A DNA stretch of 62,446 nucleotides, counting the filler, from Sluysia triapertura (taxonomy: Eukaryota): the NCBI GenBank assembly GCA_046118255.1. It is 4 parts of 4 records of this genome, joined end to end, with 100 filler letters (N's around TTAATTAATTAA, not from the genome) between each part and the next. Parts side by side here need not be neighbours in the genome. Positions count along the whole stretch, not along the records: positions 1 to 17,753 come from JBJNIA010183945.1; positions 17,854 to 34,032 come from JBJNIA010209257.1; 2 more parts are not named here. One strand, written 5' to 3'. Position 1 is the first letter of the stretch, and each line of letters opens with the position of its first letter. Made by a program: the position numbers and the translations under genes. Below are positions 11,816 to 22,371 of the stretch, in pieces. Under the pieces are notes generated by a model, which was not told where the DNA came from, did not search any database, and was given only the letters and a program-made list of their open reading frames with translations.

Positions 11816-13551
11816 ATCTACATTGTAAAGATGAAAATGATAATGAAAATAAAAATAAAATTAATATATCTCCATCTGGTTCACTTGTGGCAAATGCATT
11901 ATTTGCAGTATATGCTGTTACACAATAACAATTACATCTACTCGAAGTTCTCTTTTAATAATATGGAATTATTCAAAACTTGGATTTTTAGTCCGGGTGT
12001 ATTTTATATTATAATAAATCCGATAAAAATCATCCTAATAATATTATATCTATAATATGCAAAAATAAGAATGAAATGCATTTAGTTAAAGATCAAGAAA
12101 AGCATATGCACATGATTGAATCCGGATACATTTTATGATGTAGAAATTAAGTATATTAATGACTCCATTAAAAAAAGTTTTACAAGTTTTAGAAGTGCTC
12201 GTAATGGCTCGATATTTGAAGGTAAAAAAATGAAGCTCCGTTAATTAGTACTTACATAAATTAAGGATAACAAAATTAAGAGTATTATTTTAGCTAACAG
12301 GACTTGTTGGTTTTTGAGAATAGGTTAATAGTCTCACCATTCAGTCATTATAAGGAAATGTAGCCATTCAAAGTATTTTAACAAGCAATGTCTTGGAGAA
12401 AATTACCAGAAGGTTAAAATTAAATATGCACCAAATAAAGTCTGTTCAGATTGGACAAGAAAAGTCATATTTGTGCTTATTTATTTACAACAACGAATGC
12501 TTTATCTGCGAAACTCACGTTGATATATGATAATCAATTTCGAGTTATGACACTAGGAAGTACGACTGAAGGTGGCCCTGAAAACTTGCAGGTTACTATA
12601 CTATGCAATCGATATATTGATTATTATATCGGAATCTTGTATTGTAGTTGTTTATATTACAGATTTTCTTCGTAAATACAAAGTATTTTGTTTCATACAC
12701 AAACAATAGATAAAAATATATAAGTAGGATATAAAAATCGTAACAAACGACACGTGATAATACAAATATAAAAAAAACTGGACAAACAAGTTCATGAGCG
12801 AAAGCTCCATTATTCAAAACTCGAAACATGTTTATTGAAATATATCCCGCATACAAAAAAACCAAATTCTTAGATTATCGATTAACCAATAGTTAAGTAG
12901 CAAGGAATATTTCAGAGTTAAATCAACTAATAAGCTTATTATTACTGCCGTTATCATCACTGTCGCAATAATATTTAGCAGTTAGTAACTCATGCATGCT
13001 TATAACAATTTATCTATTCTTATTTATTAAGGAGCATTATTTTTATTACTTTATAATTTAATATTTTTCTCATTTTGGTTTTTTATTTATTTAACTTTTA
13101 TTGATAATTGATTCTTATTACTAATTTGATCATTATTTGATCATTTCTGTGATTATATAAAAATCATTAAAATTTAATTGCCACAATCGAAGCACTAGAC
13201 ATAAATATTATTGATAAAGTTAATGAATTTAAAAAAACTGCCGAATCTAAAATTTTCGAGTATGACTATATAATTAAAATTACATACTTATTAAACTTTA
13301 ATAATAGAAAGAGAACACTGATTTTGATTAGTAATCATAAAGATTGGTTATCTTTATGAAATATCACAGAAACCTTTATCATGCGCTATGGAAATTCAAC
13401 TTTATTCAATAAAAATGAAATTATTGTTTAAACAGCAAGAAGTTATTATTGGTCTGCATCAAACGCTGAATCTTAAATTTTGCTATAAATCATTATCCCT
13501 TACATTTTCCAATAAACAATCTATTATGTGTAGAATTTTACAAGAGCATGT

Positions 13552-13709
13552 TATTGGGGTAAAAAGGCCTAAGGTGTCATTTAGTAAAATTGACAATAAT
13601 AAAATAAAACTGTTAGATGGGGTTGATAGCTCAGTGGTAGAGCATTCGAACTGCGCAGAAAAGGTCCCGGGTTCGATCCCCGGTCATTCAATTTTACGAA
13701 GTCTAACAA
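13552..13709 (+). repeat. tRNA-Ala-derived repeat (SINE-like), copy 1; tRNA-like core 13620-13691
   Basis: A box TAGCTCAGTGGTAGAGC and B box GGTTCGATCC; about 65-nt upstream leader shared with 51250-51410; TTTACGAAGTCTAACA tail shared with 33986-34032 and 51250-51410; anticodon arm does not fold normally. Confidence 0.85.
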
Positions 13710-13721
13710 TTTAATTATTTT

Positions 13722-15092
13722 TTATATTAAGACTACAATACATGAAGATTGTAAATATGGCCGGGGTTTATTATTGAAATTGAGATAAAAGTTATAATTA
13801 ATACTTATTATTTTCAAATAATTAAAATTTATTACTTCTGTATTATTAGAAATCATATAGAGAAAATAATCAATAACGTTATTATATTTATACAAAAAAT
13901 TAAAATTGAGATTTGAGTTACACAACAATTTATAAAAATTTAGTTTAGGCTTCCAAAGCCCATACATTTCACTATAAGAAACAATCTTGAAAAACAGATG
14001 AATTGAATTGCAAGTATTTATGTAATCAGCTGTGAAATGAGGAGTTAATGACTGACGTTCTAAACTGGCCATAGGTTTCTGACTTTCTAGTAAAGCTTCA
14101 AGAACGCGATCATGATCTGGGAGATAATTCTGAACTTGTATCAAAAACTCGTACAATACTAAATCAAATTTTAAACTTACAAAAACTTTTAAAATTTCAA
14201 CACTGCGTATCATAATATTGTGAAACAATTCTAATTGAATAACACTAATATAACTAGTTTTAAAATATTGTTTATTATTTTCGCGAAAATAAAAATGAAT
14301 ATAAAAATAAACTTTATAAAATTTAACAAAATGGGGGTACAAATGTACCGATACATTATTAAAATCGAAATAATAAGTCAAGACATATTTAGTTAATATA
14401 AAACCTTTTCTTAGATCGCCTAGAACATCTTTATCTGATACATAATTCAAAGCATTACTGTGATCTAAGGTAAGTCCACATTTATCTGACACATGATTTG
14501 AAACATGACAATGATCTAAAGTAAGACCACATTTATCTAATACATAATTTAAAACATAATAGTGATCTAAAGTAAGACCACATTTAACTAATACTTCATT
14601 TAAAACATAATAGTGATCTAAAGTAAGACCACATTTAACTAATACATCTTTCCTCTCCACATTAGAGCATTCACATTTCAAAATACTAATAGTTGGACAT
14701 TTTAAAAGATCAGCATTTAACATTCTATACAGGTTATGAACTGAGTTGGTCAAATCTCCTTCGTCGTTTGCATCTATGATCATTTCTTCCTTCATCTCTA
14801 TGGCGTCTGATTCCTTTTCAAATTGCTTCATGAACATTTGTAACAGTGGCAAGTTCGTAGGTCTAGTCATACGTTGCATGGTTTTCATAACTTCTTTCAT
14901 ATCCTGGGTCATCATATTTGTCGATCGCAATATTTCCATCTGCATGGATTTCGTGATATCATTACTTGGACATTTTGTTTCTTGCGTCTTGATTTTCTGT
15001 TGCATTAATGCAGACAACTCGAACAACTGTTCAGCATTTTCACTTTCCATTGCTGCTTTCATTCCAAATACTTGATGCTTTAAACTAAACAT
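13722..15092 (-). CDS. Intronless 456-aa CHMP2/Vps2 (ESCRT-III, Snf7 family)-derived protein with 17-aa tandem repeats and a novel C-terminal half
   Basis: SMQMEILRSTNMMTQDMKEVMKTMQRMTRPTNLPLLQMFMKQFEKESDAIEMKEEMIIDAND aligns with CHMP2A SLKIQTLKSNNSMAQAMKGVTKAMGTMNRQLKLPQIQKIMMEFERQAEIMDMKEEMMNDAID; repeat VLDKCGLTLD resembles CHMP2 VLDELGLSL. Confidence 0.75.
   Translation of the reverse strand: MFSLKHQVFGMKAAMESENAEQLFELSALMQQKIKTQETKCPSNDITKSMQMEILRSTNMMTQDMKEVMKTMQRMTRPTNLPLLQMFMKQFEKESDAIEMKEEMIIDANDEGDLTNSVHNLYRMLNADLLKCPTISILKCECSNVERKDVLVKCGLTLDHYYVLNEVLVKCGLTLDHYYVLNYVLDKCGLTLDHCHVSNHVSDKCGLTLDHSNALNYVSDKDVLGDLRKGFILTKYVLTYYFDFNNVSVHLYPHFVKFYKVYFYIHFYFRENNKQYFKTSYISVIQLELFHNIMIRSVEILKVFVSLKFDLVLYEFLIQVQNYLPDHDRVLEALLESQKPMASLERQSLTPHFTADYINTCNSIHLFFKIVSYSEMYGLWKPKLNFYKLLCNSNLNFNFLYKYNNVIDYFLYMISNNTEVINFNYLKIISINYNFYLNFNNKPRPYLQSSCIVVLI
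14429..14649 (-). repeat. Coding 51-bp tandem repeat, about 4.3 copies
   Basis: agtgatctaaagtaagaccacattta recurs at 14561 and 14612 (51-nt period); translates as xVLxKCGLTLDHxxVLN. Confidence 0.92.
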
Positions 15093-15299
15093 TTTTTGAA
15101 CTGTAATATTTTTGAAATGTATATTTTAAAAAATTCGAAAAATTTCTTTGTAACCGAATTGACCTTTGGACTATATTGCTAAAAAATAAATTCGTAAAAT
15201 TAAAACAAAAATACATAAAATAAACAATAATAAAAATAATAATAATCATAATAATAAAAATTAATAATCATAATAATAAAAATTAATAATAAATAATCA

Positions 15300-16474
15300 T
15301 TGTATAAAAATATTTCAACTGGTAATTTAGTTAAATTGTCATAACATTGGTTGATCCATGATGGTTTTATAAATGAAACATTGTCATATTTAGAATTAAT
15401 TGGTAAATTATTAACGATAACATGTGTTGGTTTATTTGTATCAATTTTTCCACCTAAATTAAGAATTTTCTCAGTTAATTTAGTTATTAAATCAATTGAA
15501 CAATTTTCAAATGAAAATAAGCAATCTTCAAATATATTAGTTTCATCAACAAATTCTGATTCGCCATTTAATTCTAATACCGCATCAATTTCATTTAAAA
15601 TTTCTGTATTATTAAGAACTTTGTGTGTAGTCTTTTTATTAAGGTTGTATAGATTAATATCTTGACAGTAATTATATTTGAAACTTTCTTCTAAGTCTAA
15701 ACTTACAGTTGGTATATTCCATAAATTAGCATGATGTCACTTACTTCCAGTTCGATCATGAGATACTAAAATCGTTGTTGAATCTTTTAACAAATCCGCT
15801 GAAAATTCACCGCCATTTTCTATTATTTTCTTTCTATAACGTTCTTTTATCGTTGAACTAAAACCACTTAAACAAATCTTCAATTTATAAAATAAAGGCA
15901 CTTTATGTTTAGTTGTTAATTCCGATGACAGAGCATCGAAATGAATTACAGTTGAAGATATATCCAAAATTTCATCTATCCAACTTCGTTTTAAACAAAC
16001 GACGCCTTTTTGATTAGCAATTATGAATTTATCTGTCAATATGTTTTCTACGATTAAAGCATTTACTTCTTCGGTTAACCCAGTACAAACAATGCCACCC
16101 ATCATTTCAATTATTTCAAAAATACTTCCCTTTAGTTCTTTTGTAAACCCAACAGTACAAATGCGGATATCTTCTAATACACTATTAAGTCTGGGATTTT
16201 TAATGATTGGCAAATGGAGCTTTTTCATTAAACAATTTAATACAACCGCTGGATGTAAAATATGCATTCCTAGCTTCTTTAAATGCAAAAAAGCAGGACC
16301 ATGAAATTTTGACATAACAAAAAAAATATCTTTCTTAAATTCTTGGTATGACACAGCTTCAATTTCATTTATTATTTTAATAGAAACACCATCTAAAGAC
16401 TTAATTTCTTGCACAACCTTTTTCAATAAAAGTGATTTATCATCTTTAAAAAACAACATATTCCATTTACCCAT
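15300..16474 (-). pseudogene. TOPBP1: TOPBP1-like N-terminal multi-BRCT copy: intronless, internal TGA, 3'-truncated
   Basis: FHGPAFLHLKKLGMHILHPAVVLNCL, IEMMGGIV...SWI and PLFYKLKICLSGF...IENGGEFS match TOPBP1 BRCT0-2; frame continues past TGA 15737-15739 (GSK*HHANLWNIPTV...YCQDINLY vs GQKYECAKRWNVHCV...FCQDESIY) into another BRCT (NLGGKI...PTHVIV...PSWINQCY), then runs into TTA-rich sequence. Confidence 0.82.
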
Positions 16475-17064
16475 TGAAAGAAAATAAAATTAATGTCTCT
16501 TCAAAATATACATATAAAATAAAACAGAACTCATTTGATTTATGTAAATGATAAAATAATTTTTAAATACCTTATTAAACAAACAAATTCGCTTAATTCT
16601 TTTTTTAAATAGTGTAAAATATTAAACATAATTTATTTTGAAAATAAAACCAAATTTTAAACCAAAATTTTAGCTTAAATAAAATATCATATTTTTGTAA
16701 GTAACTATTGAAATATTAAAACAAATGTTTTAAAAAAAAGAGTAGTAATATTCAATTACAAATGAGATACATTTTTAATTTGACTTTCAGAATGATTTTG
16801 GTAGATTAAATGTATTATATTGTTTGTTATCGGGTACTAAAAGGAAATGAAAAATTTCTAAAGAAATTTTTAAAGATACGACTTAAACGATCAAGCATAT
16901 ATCTTAAGAAAAGCTTACCATAATAAATATGATTAATTATTATTACTTATTGTTATTTACCATAATAAATATGCTATTTATCTGTCTAGGTATGACAATT
17001 GCGTGAAAATTATTTGTTTTTAGGATGCCTGTCTTTTATTAGACATTTTCTTTTCTTGTTATAC

Positions 17065-17546
17065 TGTTGGGATACAAAATGAGTGAAGAAAACGTGGAAT
17101 TGAAAAATGCTAGAAGAATTCGTATAAAACATCGTTGGAATAAAAATGATGAAGATCAAAACATCTATAGTCATTTGAAGAATTGAGAATATTTTGGAAT
17201 TCCAAAGAGCCTTAGGCTTTCGACCTTTGGGGAAGCTTGATAATGGCTTTAAAAAGTTTTGTGGCTCTGAAGTACTATTGAGCTTGTGAACCTTGAAACC
17301 ATTTAAGACGTTATCAATCTTAAAGAATCTCTGAAATTCTGATAAGCATTTCAGAGCTTTGAGTAAAGTTTAGAGTGTTTGAAATCTTTAAAATATTTGT
17401 AAAATATAATCATTGTTAATAATATTTAAAATAAAATAATGAAAGTGAAAATACCTAGGATCTCTGAGTGCCTTAAAATAATCAAACAATGTTAAAACCT
17501 TAATAAAACCTTTAAGCATCAAATGAGATTAAGTCTAAAAATAGAT
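17065..17546 (-). repeat. LTR-like repeat family C, 3' part
   Basis: Aligns with 39358-39870 (ggaRttccaaaga, catttaagac, tttaaaatatttg, taataaaacctttaa, attaagtcta); minus strand ends in CA. Confidence 0.75.
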
Positions 17547-17548
17547 TA

Positions 17549-17753
17549 CTGTAATATCCCGAGCATAAGCTGCAGCGCGTATTGGCTACAGAGAACGTTT
17601 TTATGGATGTGTATTTTTTCACCTTTATTGACAATGAAAAGTGTGATGGTTTTGAGGAGTATGATGTTGAAAATTGAAATAAATAATCTTATCTTCAATT
17701 TGAATTGTTTTTTAGTTGTATAAGCTGCACATCATATTAGCTGCAATTCAAAA
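17549..17753. mobile_element. pogo/Tigger-like MITE end
   Basis: TA|CTGTAATATCCCGAGCATAAGCTGCA with a repeated ATAAGCTGCA motif; cut by the contig end. Confidence 0.4.
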
Positions 17754-17853
17754 NNNNNNNNNNNNNNNNNNNNNNNNNNNNNNNNNNNNNNNNNNNNTTA
17801 ATTAATTAANNNNNNNNNNNNNNNNNNNNNNNNNNNNNNNNNNNNNNNNNNNN
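17754..17853. other. Artificial contig linker
   Basis: 44 N + TTAATTAATTAA (stops in all six frames) + 44 N. Confidence 0.97.
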
Positions 17854-18031
17854 TCATGATAATTAGATGGGATGGTCGTGTTTACTTTTGAATGAGTTTA
17901 GTGGTTCGTTGAATAGTTTGTGTATGTGTGGGGCGTTTTTAAGCGATGGATTGTGATGAACTGTATGTGATGAGTTATCACGAATATTATATGATGACTT
18001 ATGGTGAATACTATATGACGAGTTCCCTACA
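17854..18031 (-). repeat. LTR-like repeat family A, copy 3 (5' part, cut by the contig end)
   Basis: Reverse complement TGTAGGGAACTCGTCA...aaactcattcaaaagtaaacacgaccatcccatctaattatcatga; its ORF tail LNSFKSKHDHPI mirrors LNSFKNKRDHHI of ORF 7831..8046. Confidence 0.8.
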
Positions 18032-18041
18032 GCCCATAATT

Positions 18042-18795
18042 TCAATGATTTTTCCTACGAAATAAAAGTAATTTATCATAATCGTCGTCATTCAGATCAA
18101 TATAATCAAGGTTATTGTCAATGACACTATCAATGTTATCTATAATATCAGAGTCTTCGTCATCTAAATCAACTGGTGGTGAAGCCACACGTTTCAATCG
18201 TTTTGGTTCTGGTGAAGGTGTGGTTGTAGATTGGAAGTGCTGTGATGTCGTAGTCGGATTGTGTTTTTTATGAGGTCCGTATTCTGTAGATGGTAATGAT
18301 GTAGGTGGTAATGATGATGATGCTGCTGCTGGTTGAGATTTATGTTTTTCTTTAATATGTATTGTACTATGTTTAATTTGCGTGCTACTTGTAGATGGGA
18401 TAGGTGTGCTAAATCCATATTTATTACAACTATTGTCAAGACAGCACCCTTTATGTATCAAAGATAAATCAGCAGATATAGAAAAGGGAGAATCAGATTT
18501 ATGCTTGTCTAAATTTTCGTGTATATCATATCTGTATTAGAAAAATCGTTATTAGTGCTTAAGTAAGAAGAAGTAGAGATAATATCACTTTCCCGATTCT
18601 GTGGTAAGAACGTTGGATCTTTTTTAATTAGAAAGTCGTATAAGGCGATGAACTCTTTGGCCAATTGTTGGCAGGAAGTTTTCGGGTGAAGGGATATATC
18701 AATTTTAACAACCTTCTAGTTTTTGTAATGGGATTCAAGGACGTTTGGGGCATTAAATTTGTACAATTCAAATTAATTATTCCTTTTAACCATCC
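18042..18795 (-). pseudogene. Degenerate ORF ending about 10 nt before repeat A copy 3 (possible element-internal ORF)
   Basis: Readable through two stops and a frameshift into the S/T/P-rich, then acidic, ORF 18042..18461; no known domain. Confidence 0.35.
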
Positions 18796-18799
18796 GTAG

Positions 18800-21700
18800 G
18801 GGATTTGCAAAGTCCTAATTATTAATTGCGATCAATTATGTTTCCCTCCAGAAATTCAAAAGCCTAATAATTATCGTGGTTGTATAACGTCTGACAATCA
18901 TATAGAACTGAAAAACTCGAATAATTGTAGTTTTATTCGCCATGTACCTGATCAACCACCGAAAAATGACATCGATGAAACGCGTAGTAATTTAAGCAAA
19001 ACTGTTCCAGTTACATCGAACACTTCGGATTCTTTGATACTCATTTTGTACAATTCCACTGATTCTTTTGTTTATTCGTTAAATACACATACTAAAACTC
19101 TTTCAAATGGATCCTTATTGTTAAAGTACGACTATTTACACAACATTCAATTGGATGTCCTCAGGTCGACTATTTATTGGTTGGATTTAGGAACCAATTG
19201 TCTAAAGATGTCCAGATTGACCCAACAGACTAAAATTAGTCGACCATTAAAACCAACCAATCCAATATTTCATAATAATGATGAATCATTATTATGTGGT
19301 AGTAACCTTGGTATTGACGAAAATATACTAAGTATTTCATTGGATCAAATTCATAACAATATGTATTTATTAATATCTAATCCATATTGGAGTCGAATTG
19401 AAGTCATGAGATTACCATTTCCAATTAGTGAAGTAAATAAAGTAGATAATGATGAGATAGAAGAAACTTCAAAGAAACTATGGCGACGATTAGTTGCTAA
19501 TCATATGGCAGATACAGGATGGAGAATTTTATCGGTTCAAGTACAATCTAAGTTACAGTTAGTAATCTATTGTTTTATATTTCCATGTAATTAATACTAA
19601 AACTGTTTTTCTTTTTTCTTTGTTAAGTTAACCGAGATAAAATTAGAGTTAGTTTATTTTGATACTTTTGCATATTCGGTTTGTAATGTTTATAGCAGAT
19701 AGTATCGCGTTTCTTTCGTGATATTATTTGTGTGAAGTTGGTACTGAACAGTAAATATTTGAAAATTGAAATATTTTTAAGAATACAAAAATTTCTTTGT
19801 AAATTTAGTTATTGTTTATCAACAAAGAACAAAGCTGATATCCTATTAATTAAAATTTTTATTTTAAAATAAATAATTAAAATGGTTTTGTTTAATAAAA
19901 TATTACTAGTGAAAATGAGTACATTTAAACAAAATAAATATATAGTGAAACAGTTCAAAAACTACTTAATTACCAATTAATCTGAAGCTTAATAATAAAA
20001 AACAAAAGTACAGCTAAATTAAAGTGGTTATAAAAATTAATAAATATTAAAGAGTCAAACAAATTTTATATAATAGCATGATGATGTTGAAATCTTTTTT
20101 TTGCAAACAGTATGTAAACAAGCTGTTTAACTATAATAATATTTCAACCCACTTAATTCAATGTTAAAATACAAATTATGAACATGTGATAATAAAATTT
20201 CTAAATCTAATACATTTTGAAAATTTTATAACAGTATAATTTAAAAAATTGAAAATTAGTATGAACTTATTCTTTTATCCTATAGGTCATATTCTGGCAA
20301 CTTTAGAAAAGGTAAGTACAATCAGATATATCATTAGCTGCGAAAAGCGCCTTAAAAGTGAATCCACAAAAATAATGATATAGGAAACATAGATGAAAAC
20401 TTACTAGACCCCATTAGGAAAAATTGAAGTTACGAATAAAACAGGATAACTGTGGAAACGCAAAAAACATTGTATGAATAAAATAGAATTAAGAAATGAA
20501 CATTAACTTACGCAAATAAATACAAACTAACACAAAGCAGAGCTATATAATAAAATATAATTAACTAAAACAGAAGAGAAAATACATCACAGAAATACAT
20601 AGATTAAAAGTATATGGAATGAAATTGACCATGTAATAGAATTAATTGTAGAAAAATATATATTAGAATGCATTTGTTGGGTTGTATTTTAAAGGGTTTG
20701 GTACATAAATATTATTAATTGCATTTTCAGATACAGCATTCAATAATGCACCATCATTATTAAAATTGTTACTAAAAGAAAATATTATGAAATCATAATT
20801 AATAAATTTAATTAACTCTTTATTATCGTTACATGGAAAATTATACAAATCTTTATTAAATGCAATATTGTTATGAGAAATAAAATTACCTAGCCTTTTA
20901 TTTTCAACGTAGGACTTAAATTAAATAAGAAAATTAAATAAGACAAAAATAACGTACAATTTTATTTACCAAGACAAGGTACAAGCATTTAAAAAACGCA
21001 CGTAATTAATAATAATTAATAATTAATAGTAATAATTAATTACAACGTTTAATTAATTAATTGAGATTGAAAGTCTAAACGCAAATAAAATATGTATAGT
21101 TTCATATATTAATATTAAATGAATTTTAAAACTTAGTTTAATAAATCCATGTACAACTTTATTAAAATTAAAAATTTAAACTTAAAAAATTGCCGAGAAT
21201 ATATACATCTTCCATTTAGTTAGATGAAATAAGTTTGTTACTTCCACTTGGTATTTTAGCTCTAGTTTTATTAGTTTTTGTAGCATGATTAACAAGTGCC
21301 AATCGACCGCGAACACCATGTGGAACTTGTAAGATTAGCAAAGTTTTTCTAAATTTCTTAGGCAGACTTACATTGATTAACATTACATAAATCTTAGACA
21401 TTTTAAATAGTAACTTGAACTGTATTCAAATTCATAAAAAGTGCCTTTAAACATATATTATTTAAATACGTCAAATTTTTTTGTAAACGAAACTTATCAA
21501 AACCTAAAATATAAATAGTGAATACTTGTGAAAATTTTACTGACTATAACTACTTAAACCTACATTAATACACACTATTCATCATTTTGCTCCCTCTTTT
21601 ACACTTTAACATTTTTTCACTCATCACTATTATTAATTATCTAATATTACTTTACAAAACTTTTTAATTTGATTGAACGTTATTTCTAACACAGAGGTTA

Positions 21701-22339
21701 GGGCTAATGGATGATGAATTAATTGAATTACTTTACATATTATGATATATTTATTTTTAGGATCTGATAAGAAAAATAATAATACACGACGTGGATAACG
21801 TGCATCATATAAAATTATTCCTGTATATGACAAATATTTATAAATTTCAAAACTGTTAAAATACGTATTAGAAAATACTCATTGCACATTTCACCTCTGT
21901 CATCATTGTCTTAAGCTTGTTAATGTTTATCATAACTTTAACTATTAGAAGATGAGGGATACTAAGGGTGCACGACGTTATGCTCTCCCTTTAATATATT
22001 TAATTTTCGGGCATAATTACCGCCATTACTAAATGAAATAATTATCTATTCAAAGACAAACATTATTATCGGAACACTATAAATCAAAAAATACAACAGT
22101 TCTCAAAAATTAATATATCACAATAGTTTATAATAAAAGATTTTAACTTTTAATTCTTTTACAATTTCTAATTTTAGATTTTAAAAGGTTTAAATATCGA
22201 ATGAAAACGTTTACAAAATGTATTTATGAGTGTATTTAAATTGACGCAATAATAAAAATCAACTAATACATAAAATCAAAATGTCACAGTCTGATAATGT
22301 GTCCCGGTGTTCACGTTTGTTTTTGTTCTCACAAAAATA

Positions 22340-22371
<32 letters not shown>

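Noticed and set aside
14429-14649. CRISPR-like array
   Set aside because: Contiguous in-frame 51-bp coding repeat without unique spacers, in a eukaryotic context.
2881-15739. Stop-codon reassignment or readthrough (TAG in Dbx, TGA in TOPBP1 at aromatic positions)
   Set aside because: The same regions carry frameshifts or deletions, TGG is used normally for Trp, and intact genes (DNAJC9, MRPS30) have no internal stops; G>A and C>T decay is enough to explain it.
14746-16304. Plus-strand ORFs 14746..15075, 15351..15665 and 16023..16304
   Set aside because: Antisense shadows of the CHMP2-like and TOPBP1 sequences.
17798-17809. TTAATTAATTAA as a biological motif
   Set aside because: It is centred in identical 100-nt N blocks three times, so it is an assembly linker.
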